The notes under the pieces are model-generated. The model made no database searches, was not told where the DNA came from, and was given only the letters and a program-made list of their open reading frames with translations. Positions 10,454-19,610 of a stretch of DNA of 45,105 bases are shown piece after piece. The DNA is from Gammaproteobacteria bacterium. Its GTDB lineage: Bacteria > Pseudomonadota > Gammaproteobacteria > Pseudomonadales > JADFDG01. Each line of letters begins with the position of its first letter. The stretch's first letter is position 1. The DNA is taken from assembly GCA_046566505.1 (NCBI GenBank), contig JBKHWN010000178.1:1-45105 (forward strand), in the 5' to 3' direction. The translations under genes and the position numbers were made by a program.

Positions 10454-11305
10454 ATGCGTTGCGCCGGCGTACTGTTGCTCGCTCTGCTGGCGGCGGATGC
10501 CCGGGCTGCCGATCCGCGTGACCCCTGGGAGACCTTCAACCGCAGTGTTTTTGCCTTCAATGATTTCCTGGATCGGCATTTCCTCATCCCGGTGGCAAAG
10601 GGTTACCAGGCCGTCACGCCGGAGGCCGTGGACAAGGGCATCACCCATGTCTTCGCCAACATCCAGGACGTGGTCAACGGCGTGAACTTTGCGCTGCAGG
10701 CCGAGGGTGGCATGGCGATCGACACGGCATCCCGGGTGCTGGTGAACACGACGCTGGGCATCGGCGGCTGGTTTGACGTTGCCTCGGCAGGCGGCATTCC
10801 CCGGCGGGATACCGGGTTTGGTACCACGCTGGGCAAATGGGGCGTCGGCAGCGGCAACTATCTGGTGCTGCCGTTCTGGGGGCCGAGCACCGTGCGCGAT
10901 GCACTGGCCATTCCGGTGAACCGCACGATCCATCCGCTGGACAGGCCGCTGACAATCGTGGAACGCGATGGTGTCCGGCTGGCACTGGGTGCGCTTGAAC
11001 TGGTGGATATGCGTGCAGACTTTTTGCGTTACGAGCAGGTCATCGTCGGTGACCGCTATTCGTTCCTGCGTGACATCTATCTGCAGCGTCGCGAATTCGA
11101 TGTCCAGGGTGGCAGCAATCCGGCCGACGACCCGTTCCTGGACGAGGACTTCGACGATCTCGAGGACGACGGATCAGCAGAAGGCGCAGTCGAAGCGGGT
11201 GTCGAGGGCGGCGTGGAAACTGACGATGCGCAAATGGATGACAGCAGCGTCACTCCCGGTGAGGAAATGCCACCTGCAGCGGGTGACATTGAGCGTGCGG
11301 ATTGA
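10454..11305 (+). CDS. mlaA: MlaA/VacJ family phospholipid-asymmetry protein
   Basis: DPWETFNR, NTTLGIGGWFDVA, FGTTLGKWGV and YLVLPFWGPSTVRD motifs; acidic tail. Start uncertain (10412-10454). Confidence 0.9.
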   Translation: MRCAGVLLLALLAADARAADPRDPWETFNRSVFAFNDFLDRHFLIPVAKGYQAVTPEAVDKGITHVFANIQDVVNGVNFALQAEGGMAIDTASRVLVNTTLGIGGWFDVASAGGIPRRDTGFGTTLGKWGVGSGNYLVLPFWGPSTVRDALAIPVNRTIHPLDRPLTIVERDGVRLALGALELVDMRADFLRYEQVIVGDRYSFLRDIYLQRREFDVQGGSNPADDPFLDEDFDDLEDDGSAEGAVEAGVEGGVETDDAQMDDSSVTPGEEMPPAAGDIERAD

Positions 11306-11386
11306 TGCTGTTCGCCGCTGCCGTTACCGCGGTTGCGGCGTTCCCGCGCGGGGTATACCGTAGGTCGAACCTCGTGGAGGCATGGC

Positions 11387-12589
11387 ATGCCTGATCGACA
11401 GGATCGCCGCATCCTGCTGCTTGATAACGGTGACGGTGCCGTCGCCCGCGAATTTGCCGCCACCCTGTCGGCCGACGGGTATTCGTTGCTCGTTGCCGCC
11501 GACCTCCCTGCTTCGTTGCCGCACCTGCCGAACACCGGCATCGCGGTTTGCCGGTGTCGTGCGCCGGCCATCCAGGACTCCCTGCACGTCATGCAGCACT
11601 GGCTCGCCATCGATCCGGACCTGGCCATCCTGGTGGTCGCTGACGGCATAGCCATCGAGGATGCGGCTGCGCTGATGCGGGCAGGTGCGCGCGATCTGCT
11701 GTCCTGGCCGTTGCAGAATCCGCAGGCACTGAAGGCGGCGATCAGCGCCGCCGTAGTCTGGCGGGGAGAGCGGCGGACGCATCGCCATGCGCTCGAGGCG
11801 AGTGCAGCGACGCTGAGCGAACAGGAAGAGAGGCTGCGGACGCTTAGCGAGGACGAGGAGGCTGGTCGTCGCGTCCAGCAGAAAATCCTGCCGCCGACGC
11901 CGCAGGATTTCGGCTGGTGCCGTGTCGAACACCGAGTTGTGCCGTCGCTGTACCTGTCCGGCGATTTCCTTGATTACTTCGAGATCGGTGATCGCTGCCT
12001 CGCGTTTTATCTCGCGGACGTTTCCGGTCATGGGGCGTCCAGCGCCTTCGTAACCATGTTGTTGAAGACGCTGGGCAATCGTGCGCGCCGCGAACTGCGG
12101 CGGGATGCTGTCGGCACGAGTCCGTGGCGTCCCTCGCTGCTGCTCGATCGCATCAACCGGGAGTTGTTGTCGCTCGGTCTGGGCAAGCATGTGGCGATGT
12201 TGGCCGGCGTCGTTGACCTGCGGACCCGCGAGCTCTCCTACGCGGTTGCCGGGCAGTATCCACAACTCATTGTTTACGATGGAAATTGTGCGCAGTACGT
12301 GGAAGGTACGGGTATGCCCGTAGGGCTATTTGACGCCGCCCTGTACGAGGATAGAATCCACGCGCTTCCAGCAGGGTTCGCCTTGGTGCTCCTGTCCGAC
12401 GGTGTGTTCGAACTGATGGGTTCGGCGTCACTGGCAGACAAGGAAGCCAGGTTGCTCGACATGGTCGGCAACGGGGCCCTGGATGTGGACGCCTTGAGTC
12501 GTGCACTGGCTCTCGACGGCACCCGGGATATTCCCGATGACGTCGCGATGCTGGTGATACGCGAGGCAGCCGCAGAGACCGGCGCATGA
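11387..12589 (+). CDS. rssB: receiver-like domain + PP2C/SpoIIE phosphatase (RssB/GigA type)
   Basis: SGDFLDY, YLADVSGHG, LLSDGV and DDVAML PP2C motifs; N-terminal REC-like fold; lies between mlaA and a STAS gene. Confidence 0.85.
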   Translation: MPDRQDRRILLLDNGDGAVAREFAATLSADGYSLLVAADLPASLPHLPNTGIAVCRCRAPAIQDSLHVMQHWLAIDPDLAILVVADGIAIEDAAALMRAGARDLLSWPLQNPQALKAAISAAVVWRGERRTHRHALEASAATLSEQEERLRTLSEDEEAGRRVQQKILPPTPQDFGWCRVEHRVVPSLYLSGDFLDYFEIGDRCLAFYLADVSGHGASSAFVTMLLKTLGNRARRELRRDAVGTSPWRPSLLLDRINRELLSLGLGKHVAMLAGVVDLRTRELSYAVAGQYPQLIVYDGNCAQYVEGTGMPVGLFDAALYEDRIHALPAGFALVLLSDGVFELMGSASLADKEARLLDMVGNGALDVDALSRALALDGTRDIPDDVAMLVIREAAAETGA

Positions 12590-12603
12590 CAGGGCAGGAC
12601 GGT

Positions 12604-13107
12604 ATGAATTGCGGCAACATTCTCTACGCGTTCCACGAAGGCACCTGGGTGATGCGCCTGCGCGGTGACGTGCGCGCTCCCTGGTGCGCCTCGATGGATT
12701 CGCTGATCGAGCAGGCATTCGCGGATTCCTCGCTGCGCTCGATCGTCATCGACCTGCACGAAACGACCAACATCGACAGCACCATGCTCGGGTTGCTGGC
12801 AAAGATCGCCATCCAGTCGCGCAACCGGCTGGCTGCCCCGCCGTTGCTGCTGGCGCCGAACGATGACATACGACGCCTGCTTGACAGCATGTGCCTGCAG
12901 CAGGTGTTTCGTATTGCCGATTCGGAAACCGAGCACGTCTGTGAATGCGCGGAGTTGGCCCTGGTAGATCGTCCGGAATCGGATCTGTGCCGGCAGATTG
13001 CCGATGCGCACCGGGTGCTGATGGACATAGACGAGCGCAACCGCGCCGCGTTCAACGAAGTCGTTGCAACACTGGAAAGCCGCCAGCGGGCCTCGACAGG
13101 AAGTTGA
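12604..13107 (+). CDS. rssC: STAS-domain anti-sigma factor antagonist (RssC/GigB type)
   Basis: LRGDVR, IDSTMLGLLAK (phospho-Ser motif) and AHRVLM. Alternative start at 12586. Confidence 0.85.
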   Translation: MNCGNILYAFHEGTWVMRLRGDVRAPWCASMDSLIEQAFADSSLRSIVIDLHETTNIDSTMLGLLAKIAIQSRNRLAAPPLLLAPNDDIRRLLDSMCLQQVFRIADSETEHVCECAELALVDRPESDLCRQIADAHRVLMDIDERNRAAFNEVVATLESRQRASTGS

Positions 13108-13124
13108 CCGCAAGCATTTCCCGA

Positions 13125-13577
13125 TCAGGAGTCCCCGGCTGTTTCCCGTGCCTGGATGTAGTCCGCGTGCGGCACATAGAGCAGCCCCGCCACCTGGCGG
13201 ATCACATACTCCTCGTATTTGTCGATGCGGCCATCTGCCAGCGCGATGCGCCACATGTCCATAACCAGCGCCTTGCGCTGGTCGGCGTCGGTGTACTTCT
13301 TCACCACCTGGGTCAGGTCGGTCAGCGATACCGAATGTGCCGACCGGTTCCGCGCATGCGCGAGCAGTTCCTGCGCATCCGGCTCCGACAGCCCGTGCCG
13401 CGTGCGCAGCAACTCGACCAGGCGCTCGCGCTCTTCATCGGAGAAGTGATGGTCGGCCCGGGCGGCCTCGACCAGCAGTGCCGCCGAGACCAGCCGCAGT
13501 TCATGGGCATCCTTCTTCGGCGCGTATGTTTCCGTTTTCAGCCGCGCTTCCAGCCAGCGGGTGAGGTCGCCGATCAT
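13125..13577 (-). CDS. TerB family protein
   Basis: Paired ADxxxxxxE motifs: AALLVEAARADHHFSDEE and MWRIALADGRIDKYEE. Confidence 0.85.
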   Translation of the reverse strand: MIGDLTRWLEARLKTETYAPKKDAHELRLVSAALLVEAARADHHFSDEERERLVELLRTRHGLSEPDAQELLAHARNRSAHSVSLTDLTQVVKKYTDADQRKALVMDMWRIALADGRIDKYEEYVIRQVAGLLYVPHADYIQARETAGDS

Positions 13578-13581
13578 CGCG

Positions 13582-14529
13582 TCACACCTGTCGCAGCAGT
13601 TCGGCCAGTTTCGCCTGATCGGCGGCGAACAGGCGGATGCCCTCGGCCAGTTTCTCGGTCGCCATCGCGTCCTCGTTCATCAGCCAGCGGAAATTGCGTT
13701 CGTCCACGCGCAGTGCCGGCATGTCGCGCGGCACGGCAGCGGCATCGAGCCGGCGCGGCAATTCGCCGGTGTCGGCCGCCAGCGCGGCCAGCAGTGCCGG
13801 CGCGATGGTGAGCCGGTCGCAGCCGGCCAGTTGCTCGATTTCGCCGGTGTTGCGGAAGCTCGCGCCCATCACCACCGTGCGGTGGCCGTGGTGGCGGAAG
13901 TACTGCCAGATGCGGGTGACCGACAGCACGCCCGGGTCCTCCTCGGCGCTGTACGTCTTGCGGTCGGTGCGCGCGACATGCCAGTCCAGGATGCGGCCGA
14001 CGAAGGGCGAGATCAGGAAGGCGCCGGCCTCGGCAGCGGCCACCGCCTGTGGCAGCGCGAACAGCAGCGTCAGGTTGGTGTTGATGCCTTCCTGTTCGAG
14101 GATGCGTGCGGCTTGTATGCCTTCCCAGGTGCTGGCGATCTTCACCAGCACGCGTTCGCGCGACACACCGTGGGCGCGGTACAGCGCGACCAGCCGGCGC
14201 GCGCGGGTCACCGTGGCCATGGTGTCGTAGGACAGCCGCGAATCGACTTCGGTGGAGATGCGTCCCGGGATCAGCTTGAGGATTTCCACGCCGATGCGCA
14301 CCGCCAGCCGGTCGGCGGCGCTGTCCAGCCAGTTGGCCGAGCCTTCGGCCATGGCGTCACGCACTGCAGTCACCAGGTGCTCGCGGTACTGCGGCAGTTG
14401 CGCCGCCTTCAGCACCAGTGACGGGTTGGTCGTCGCGTCCTGCGGTGCATGGTCGCGGATGGCGTCGATGTCGCCGGTATCGGCGACAACCACGGTCATC
14501 GCACGTAACTGGTCGAGTTTGCTGTTCAT
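13582..14529 (-). CDS. tal: transaldolase
   Basis: [40 protein letters not shown] and MGASFR motifs. Confidence 0.97.
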   Translation of the reverse strand: MNSKLDQLRAMTVVVADTGDIDAIRDHAPQDATTNPSLVLKAAQLPQYREHLVTAVRDAMAEGSANWLDSAADRLAVRIGVEILKLIPGRISTEVDSRLSYDTMATVTRARRLVALYRAHGVSRERVLVKIASTWEGIQAARILEQEGINTNLTLLFALPQAVAAAEAGAFLISPFVGRILDWHVARTDRKTYSAEEDPGVLSVTRIWQYFRHHGHRTVVMGASFRNTGEIEQLAGCDRLTIAPALLAALAADTGELPRRLDAAAVPRDMPALRVDERNFRWLMNEDAMATEKLAEGIRLFAADQAKLAELLRQV

Positions 14530-15518
14530 GTCGGGTTTTCCGTGGCGGAGTGGTCGATCAGGGCAAGCGCCCGGCGCAGGGTGTGGGTGCCCGCATCCTG
14601 CCTGACGCCTTCGGTGCTGAGCAAACGGCGGAATGCGCGCGCGCCCGGCACGCCGTGATAAAGGCCCAGCATGTGCCGCGTGATGCTGTGCAGGGTGTGC
14701 CCGGCCGCCATCTCGCGTTCGATGTACGGGATCATCTGTTCGACGATGTCGGCACGTGCGGGGACGGCGTGGTCATCGCCGAACAGCCGGCGGTCTGCTT
14801 CTGCCAGCAGCCAGGGGTTGTGGTAGGCCTCGCGGCCGATCATCACGCCGTCGACGCGGGCGAGATGCCCCGCGGTTTCGTCCAGCGTCTTCACGCCGCC
14901 GTTCAGGGCGACGGTCAGTTGCGGGAAATCGCGTTTCAGCCGGTAGACGTTCTCGTAGCGCAGCGGCGGGATCTCGCGGTTCTCCTTCGGCGACAAGCCG
15001 GCGAGGATGGCCGTGCGGGCATGCACGATGAAGACCTCGCAGCCGGCCTGGCGCACGGTGTCGATGAACCCGTGCGTGAATTCGTAGTTGTCCTGCGTAT
15101 CGATGCCGAGGCGGTGCTTCACCGTCACCGGCACCCTGACCCGCGCCCGCATCGCGGCCACGCAGTCGGCCACCAGCGCCGGTTCGGCCATCAGGCAGGC
15201 ACCGAAGCGGCCTTCCTGCACGCGGTCAGAGGGGCAGCCGACATTCAGGTTGATCTCGTCGTAGCCGGCGTCCTCGCCCAGTTCCGCAGCGCGGGCGAGG
15301 GCGGCCGGGTCGCTGCCACCCAGCTGCAGGGCGACCGGGTGTTCGGCCGCATCGTGGGCAAGCAGGTATCCGGCATCGCCATGCAGCAACGCCGCCGCGG
15401 TGACCATCTCCGTGTAGAGGCGGACGTGGCGGCTGATCAGGCGCAGGAAATAGCGGTCGTGCCGGTCGGTCCAGTCCATCATCGGGGCGACCGACAGCCG
15501 CCAGGCAGTCGCGTTCAT
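14526..15518 (-). CDS. dusA: tRNA-dihydrouridine(20/20a) synthase DusA
   Basis: [31 protein letters not shown] and GLSPKENR motifs. Confidence 0.95.
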   Translation of the reverse strand: MNATAWRLSVAPMMDWTDRHDRYFLRLISRHVRLYTEMVTAAALLHGDAGYLLAHDAAEHPVALQLGGSDPAALARAAELGEDAGYDEINLNVGCPSDRVQEGRFGACLMAEPALVADCVAAMRARVRVPVTVKHRLGIDTQDNYEFTHGFIDTVRQAGCEVFIVHARTAILAGLSPKENREIPPLRYENVYRLKRDFPQLTVALNGGVKTLDETAGHLARVDGVMIGREAYHNPWLLAEADRRLFGDDHAVPARADIVEQMIPYIEREMAAGHTLHSITRHMLGLYHGVPGARAFRRLLSTEGVRQDAGTHTLRRALALIDHSATENPT

Positions 15519-15526
15519 GGCGCGGC

Positions 15527-15554
15527 ACTATACGCGGCGCCCGGAGACGGTCAA
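15527..15554 (-). promoter_or_regulatory. sigma70 promoter of dusA (TTGACC-N16-TATAGT)
   Basis: Minus strand reads TTGACC GTCTCCGGGCGCCGCG TATAGT GCCGCGCC ATG. Confidence 0.65.
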
Positions 15555-15583
15555 CGCGGGCGTGCCTGCTCCGGTGCGGCCCG

Positions 15584-15597
15584 TATAATGGCCGCCC
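15584..15597 (+). promoter_or_regulatory. -10 box TATAAT plus GC-rich discriminator for gltX
   Basis: Perfect TATAAT at 15584-15589 followed by GGCCGCCC; the -35 is weak. Confidence 0.55.
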
Positions 15598-15620
15598 TTT
15601 TTCCGCACCAGACCGGCCTC

Positions 15621-17153
15621 ATGACCGTCCGTACCCGCATCGCCCCGTCGCCCACCGGCGACCCGCACGTCGGCACCGCCTACGTCGCCCTGTTCAATCT
15701 CGCCTTCGCCCGCGCGCACGGCGGCCAGTTCCTGCTGCGCATCGAGGACACCGACCTGGTGCGCTCCACCGCCGAATCCGAGCAGATGATCCTCGACTCG
15801 CTGCGCTGGCTGGGACTGGACTGGGACGAAGGCCCGGATGTCGGCGGCCCGCACGGTCCGTACCGGCAGAGCGAGCGTGGCGCGATCTACGCGGAGCACA
15901 CGCAGGTCCTGCTCGACAAGGGCCACGCTTTCCGCTGCTTCTGCACGAAGGCGCGCCTCGACACGCTGCGCGCCGAGCAGATGGCCGCGCAGAAGACCCC
16001 CGGCTACGACGGCCACTGCGCCCACCTGTCCGCGGACGAGGTGGCAAAACGCGTCGCCGCCGGCGAGCCCTCCGTCGTGCGCATGAAGGTGCCGCGCCCC
16101 GGCGTGATGGAAGGCGAGGGTGCGATCTGCGTCATCGACGACCTGCTGCGCGGGAAGATCGAGATTCCCTGGGAACAGGTCGACATGCAGGTGCTGATGA
16201 AGGCCGACGGCATGCCGACCTACCACCTCGCCAACGTGGTCGACGACCACCTGATGCGGATCACCCATGTGTTGCGCGGCGAGGAGTGGATCAGTTCCGC
16301 ACCCAAGCACAAGCTGCTGTACGAATACTTCGGCTGGCAGATGCCGGTGCTCTGTCACCTGCCGCTCTTGCGCAACCCGGACAAGTCCAAGCTCAGCAAG
16401 CGCAAGAACCCGACCAGCATCAACTACTACCGGCGCATGGGTTTCCTGCCGGAGGCGATGCTGAACTACCTCGGCCGCATGGGCTGGTCCATGCCCGACG
16501 AGCGCGAGAAATTCAATTTTGCCGACATGGTGGCGCATTTCGACCTGATGCGGGTGTCGCTCGGCGGCCCGGTGTTCGACGTGGAAAAACTGCGCTGGCT
16601 GAACGGCCAGTGGATGCGCGAGCTGCCGCCGGAGCAATTCGTCGCCCGCCTGAAGGACTGGGCGCTCAACGAGGAATACTTTGCGCCGCTGGTGTCGCAC
16701 ATCCAGGGCCGTACCGAAGTGTTGTCCGACGTCGCGCCGCTGGCGGCCTTCCTGGTGTCCGGCCTGCCGAAACTGGAGCGTGCCCAACTGGTGGTGAAGG
16801 GCATGACCGACGAACAGGTCGTGCGCCTGCTGCAGTTCCTGCTCTGGCGCTGCGAGGCGATGCGCAGCTGGAGCAAGGATGCGCTGCTGGCCGAGGTCAC
16901 CGCGCTGTCCGGGCAGATGGGCCTGAAGATGCGTGATTTCCTCGCGCCGGTGTTCGTCGCCGTTTCCGGCAGCGCCAGTTCCGTTTCGGTGCTGGACAGC
17001 ATGGCCGTGCTCGGTTCGGACATGACCCGCGCCCGCCTGCGCCACGCCATCGAGGTACTGGGCGGGGTCTCCAAGAAGCAGGCAAAGGAACTGGAAAAGG
17101 AGTACCGGTCACTGGGCGCAGGGGCAGCCGGCGAGGGTGATGCCGACGCCTGA
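15621..17153 (+). CDS. gltX: glutamate--tRNA ligase
   Basis: [19 protein letters not shown] (HIGH-type motif), LRIEDTD, RGEEW and KLSKR (KMSKS-type motif). Confidence 0.97.
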   Translation: MTVRTRIAPSPTGDPHVGTAYVALFNLAFARAHGGQFLLRIEDTDLVRSTAESEQMILDSLRWLGLDWDEGPDVGGPHGPYRQSERGAIYAEHTQVLLDKGHAFRCFCTKARLDTLRAEQMAAQKTPGYDGHCAHLSADEVAKRVAAGEPSVVRMKVPRPGVMEGEGAICVIDDLLRGKIEIPWEQVDMQVLMKADGMPTYHLANVVDDHLMRITHVLRGEEWISSAPKHKLLYEYFGWQMPVLCHLPLLRNPDKSKLSKRKNPTSINYYRRMGFLPEAMLNYLGRMGWSMPDEREKFNFADMVAHFDLMRVSLGGPVFDVEKLRWLNGQWMRELPPEQFVARLKDWALNEEYFAPLVSHIQGRTEVLSDVAPLAAFLVSGLPKLERAQLVVKGMTDEQVVRLLQFLLWRCEAMRSWSKDALLAEVTALSGQMGLKMRDFLAPVFVAVSGSASSVSVLDSMAVLGSDMTRARLRHAIEVLGGVSKKQAKELEKEYRSLGAGAAGEGDADA

Positions 17154-17160
17154 TTGATGG

Positions 17161-17189
17161 TTGACAGCACCCGGGGCCGTTCCCATAAT
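17161..17189 (+). promoter_or_regulatory. sigma70 promoter of tRNA-Ala (TTGACA-N17-CATAAT)
   Basis: Consensus -35, 17-bp spacer, and a GC-rich discriminator before the tRNA. Confidence 0.85.
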
Positions 17190-17205
17190 TCGCGCCCTCA
17201 GCTGT

Positions 17206-17281
17206 GGGGCTATAGCTCAGTTGGGAGAGCGCGACAATGGCATTGTCGAGGTCATCGGTTCGATCCCGATTAGCTCCACCA
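17206..17281 (+). tRNA. tRNA-Ala (anticodon GGC)
   Basis: Cloverleaf GGGGCTA...TAGCTCC ACCA with a G3:U70 pair; anticodon arm CGACA-ATGGCAT-TGTCG; GTTCGAT T-loop. Confidence 0.98.
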
Positions 17282-17291
17282 TCCCCCTGAA

Positions 17292-17319
17292 GAAGAAGGC
17301 GCCGAAAGGCGCCTTTTTT
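17292..17319 (+). terminator. rho-independent terminator after tRNA-Ala
   Basis: AAGGCGCC-GAAA-GGCGCCTT stem-loop followed by a T run. Confidence 0.9.
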
Positions 17320-17405
17320 CGTTCTCGATCAAGGGTTTCTCAGCGCTTTCAGGCAGTTGGGGATTCCGGTGGAACCCGGTCGGACCCGTTGAGGTCCGGA
17401 GGGGC

Positions 17406-17455
17406 TGGGGGTTACTTTTGGAGTAACTGATCTTCAGCGAACGGTGTTACCCCCA
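17406..17455. repeat. putative integrase arm-type binding sites
   Basis: TGGGGGTTAC (17406), TGGAGTAAC (17419) and inverted GTTACCCCCA (17446) lie directly before the integrase ATG. This layout is typical of P4-type integrase ends. Confidence 0.55.
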
Positions 17456-17694
17456 TGCCGCTTTCCGACGCTGCAGTCCGTTCCGCCAAGCCCAAAGAGA
17501 AGCCGCAAAAACTCGCGGATGGTGGCGGTTTGTATCTGCTCATCACGCCTGCGGGGAGCAAGTGGTGGCGCCTGAAGTACCGCTTCGATGGCAAGGAAAA
17601 ATCGCTGTCGCTGGGCGTGTATCCAAATACTGCTCAAGGTGGTGGCTCGCTCCCACTAACCGCCGACCTTGGAATATCGATCAAAAGATCGTAA
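17455..17694 (+). pseudogene. P4/IntA-type tyrosine integrase, N-terminal arm-binding domain only
   Basis: MPLSDAAVRSAKPKEKPQKLADGGGLYLLITPAGSKWWRLKYRFDGKEKSLSLGVYP; homology then stops at about 17626. No catalytic domain. Confidence 0.9.
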
Positions 17695-18812
17695 GCAGTC
17701 GACCGCCCCTTCTTGTCGCGCTGCACGAGATGTCCCCTTTCCAGCAGATCAGCCAAATCCCGTGTCGCCGTAGCCTTCGAACAGCCGGTGAGAGACGCGT
17801 ACTTGCTTGAGGTCATGCCCCCTTCGAATCCAGCAGGTCCAGCGTCAAACATTCGCCGCAATGCCCTTTCCTGGCGTTCGTTGACCGGCGAGTTACGCAC
17901 ACGATCCCAGAAGCGCGCCTTGGCCAGCACGAAATTGATGGTCGTCCCGGCATCTTCCTGCGACTCAAGCAGCCGAGCGCAAAACCAGGCTAACCACTCG
18001 TTGATGGCGAGACTGCGCGACGCCTGATTAAGTTGCGCGTAATAGGCTTCCCGATGCCTTTCCAATGTGCTGGAAAGACTAAGCAGTACCGGTGCCCCAC
18101 TGTCCTGCGACAGCGCAAGCTCGATCAGAGCCCGACCAACCCGACCATTGCCGTCATCAAACGGGTGGATGATTTCGAACCACAGGTGCGCTATCGCTGC
18201 GCGGATGGGTGCCGGCAACCGGCGCGACGGTTCTCCGCTGACTGGATGCGTTTCATTGAACCAGGCAATGAATCTCGCCATCTCCTCGGGCACCCGCTCA
18301 GGCGGAGGAGCTTCGTAATGCACGCGCTCGCGCCCAATGGGGCCCGAAACAATGGCCATGCCTTCCGTGCGCCAGGCGCCCACACGCATATCAGCGCCAA
18401 GGATGCGTTTGCCATCACCCAGCACGAGACCATGCCAATCGAAGAGCGTGTTGGTAGTTAGCGGCTGACGGAGATCCTTGCGCACCTCCAACATCAGGCG
18501 AGCCATCCGTTCGGCCTCTGGCTCTAGGCGGCGCACACGCCGGCCAGTCTCCAGTCCCAACTGCTGCCGCAGGGATGACCTGACGCTTTCCCTGTCGAGC
18601 CTTTCGCCCTCAATCTGGGCAGTGCTGATTGCCTCGGCAACCATGAGGTCGATCCCAGCCGCGAGCTGATCTACTTCGGCCAACTGAGAGGTACTGCCCA
18701 ACTGCCAACCACAGGCACTGGCATAGCGTGAGACCTCCCACTGGACTCGAGCAGGGTCGTATTGGAAGTGGGGCCACGCTGGGTCACCCCATGACCATTC
18801 CTCACCGCGCAT
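17634..18812 (-). CDS. Fic family protein with N-terminal DUF4172 and C-terminal wHTH
   Basis: Intact HPFDDGNGRVGR Fic motif; N-terminal WxWxxxxWPxF; C-terminal GFEGGMTSSKYASLTGCSKATATRDLADL. Start ATG 18812. Confidence 0.92.
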   Translation of the reverse strand: MRGEEWSWGDPAWPHFQYDPARVQWEVSRYASACGWQLGSTSQLAEVDQLAAGIDLMVAEAISTAQIEGERLDRESVRSSLRQQLGLETGRRVRRLEPEAERMARLMLEVRKDLRQPLTTNTLFDWHGLVLGDGKRILGADMRVGAWRTEGMAIVSGPIGRERVHYEAPPPERVPEEMARFIAWFNETHPVSGEPSRRLPAPIRAAIAHLWFEIIHPFDDGNGRVGRALIELALSQDSGAPVLLSLSSTLERHREAYYAQLNQASRSLAINEWLAWFCARLLESQEDAGTTINFVLAKARFWDRVRNSPVNERQERALRRMFDAGPAGFEGGMTSSKYASLTGCSKATATRDLADLLERGHLVQRDKKGRSTAYDLLIDIPRSAVSGSEPPP

Positions 18813-18885
18813 GAGCCGACCCCCAACGATAATCGGCTCAATTATTGCCACATTTGTGCGTCGATTAGCAAGCAAATCGGCTCAT
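18811..18885. promoter_or_regulatory. tandem palindromic operator upstream of fic
   Basis: AATCGGCTCA occurs exactly twice (18831 and 18875). Each copy faces an inverted half-site: TGAGCCGAcc at 18812 and TGcGtCGATT at 18857. Confidence 0.6.
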
Positions 18886-18918
18886 CGCCGGTAGACCGCG
18901 TAGCCCGCTGGCCCTCAC

Positions 18919-19350
18919 TCAGGGGACATAGCGGAATGTGATGGATACCCCACCGAACGACATGCGCCGGGATTTGCCTCCCCGCACGGTGATTACCCTG
19001 CCTGTCGGCACCTGTGTCGATCGCCCAGCGTTGTAGCGGCGCAAGTCATCGCCTTCGACCACCTCGACGTTCAGTTTTCGTGTCAACGCTTCAACGGCCA
19101 GCAACGGCAACGGCCTGACCGGAATGACCCTGTTGGTCAGTGGCGATCGCTTCGCCTTGGCATACAGGCCACGCCCAAACCTGATCAGGACCCCCTCCGC
19201 GCGCAGTTCACGCAAGGCGCGGCCAACTTGGCTGGCGCTGGAGAGATCCGAAAAATCAGCCGGAACAAACACCACCCATTTACTTCGCGTAATGCTGGAC
19301 CTTATCCGGCACTTCAGGGATTTGGGCGCCATAACAGCCTTGACCTTCAT
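18919..19350 (-). CDS. DUF6088 family wHTH protein (AbiEi-like)
   Basis: FVPADFSDLSSASQVGRALRELRAEGVLIRFGRGLYAK and YNAGRSTQVP motifs. Confidence 0.75.
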   Translation of the reverse strand: MKVKAVMAPKSLKCRIRSSITRSKWVVFVPADFSDLSSASQVGRALRELRAEGVLIRFGRGLYAKAKRSPLTNRVIPVRPLPLLAVEALTRKLNVEVVEGDDLRRYNAGRSTQVPTGRVITVRGGKSRRMSFGGVSITFRYVP

Positions 19351-19379
19351 TTCGGCGACTTCGACCGACTCATGGCCGC

Positions 19380-19610
19380 CTGCAAAGCCACGAAATGCGC
19401 ACCGAGGTCTGGGTCGTCATCAGCGGCGAGGTCGAGGCGCAGGTCGGAAACGTCCATCATCGCGCGGGGGCTGACGACGTGATCGTCGTCCCGCCGCAAC
19501 GCAAGCACCGGTTGACGGCCGTTACCGATGCCTGGGTCATGGAACTGGCACAGGGAGAGGTGCTGAAACATGACATCGTGCGCTACGAAGACGACTATGG
19601 GCGGGTGTAG
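19380..19610 (+). pseudogene. 5'-truncated phosphomannose isomerase type II-like cupin
   Basis: LQSHEMRTEVWVVISG...VPPQRKHRL...ELAQG...DIVRYEDDYGRV. The N-terminal RPWG region is missing and homology starts abruptly at about 19380. Confidence 0.75.

Noticed and set aside
13125-13577. Tellurite-resistance or defence island
   Set aside because: A lone TerB-like gene in a dusA-tal operon with no other ter genes.
14418-15620. 911-aa ORF suggesting a large N-terminal extension of GltX
   Set aside because: The extension is the stop-free antisense of dusA. GltX homology starts at ATG 15621, after its own -10 box.
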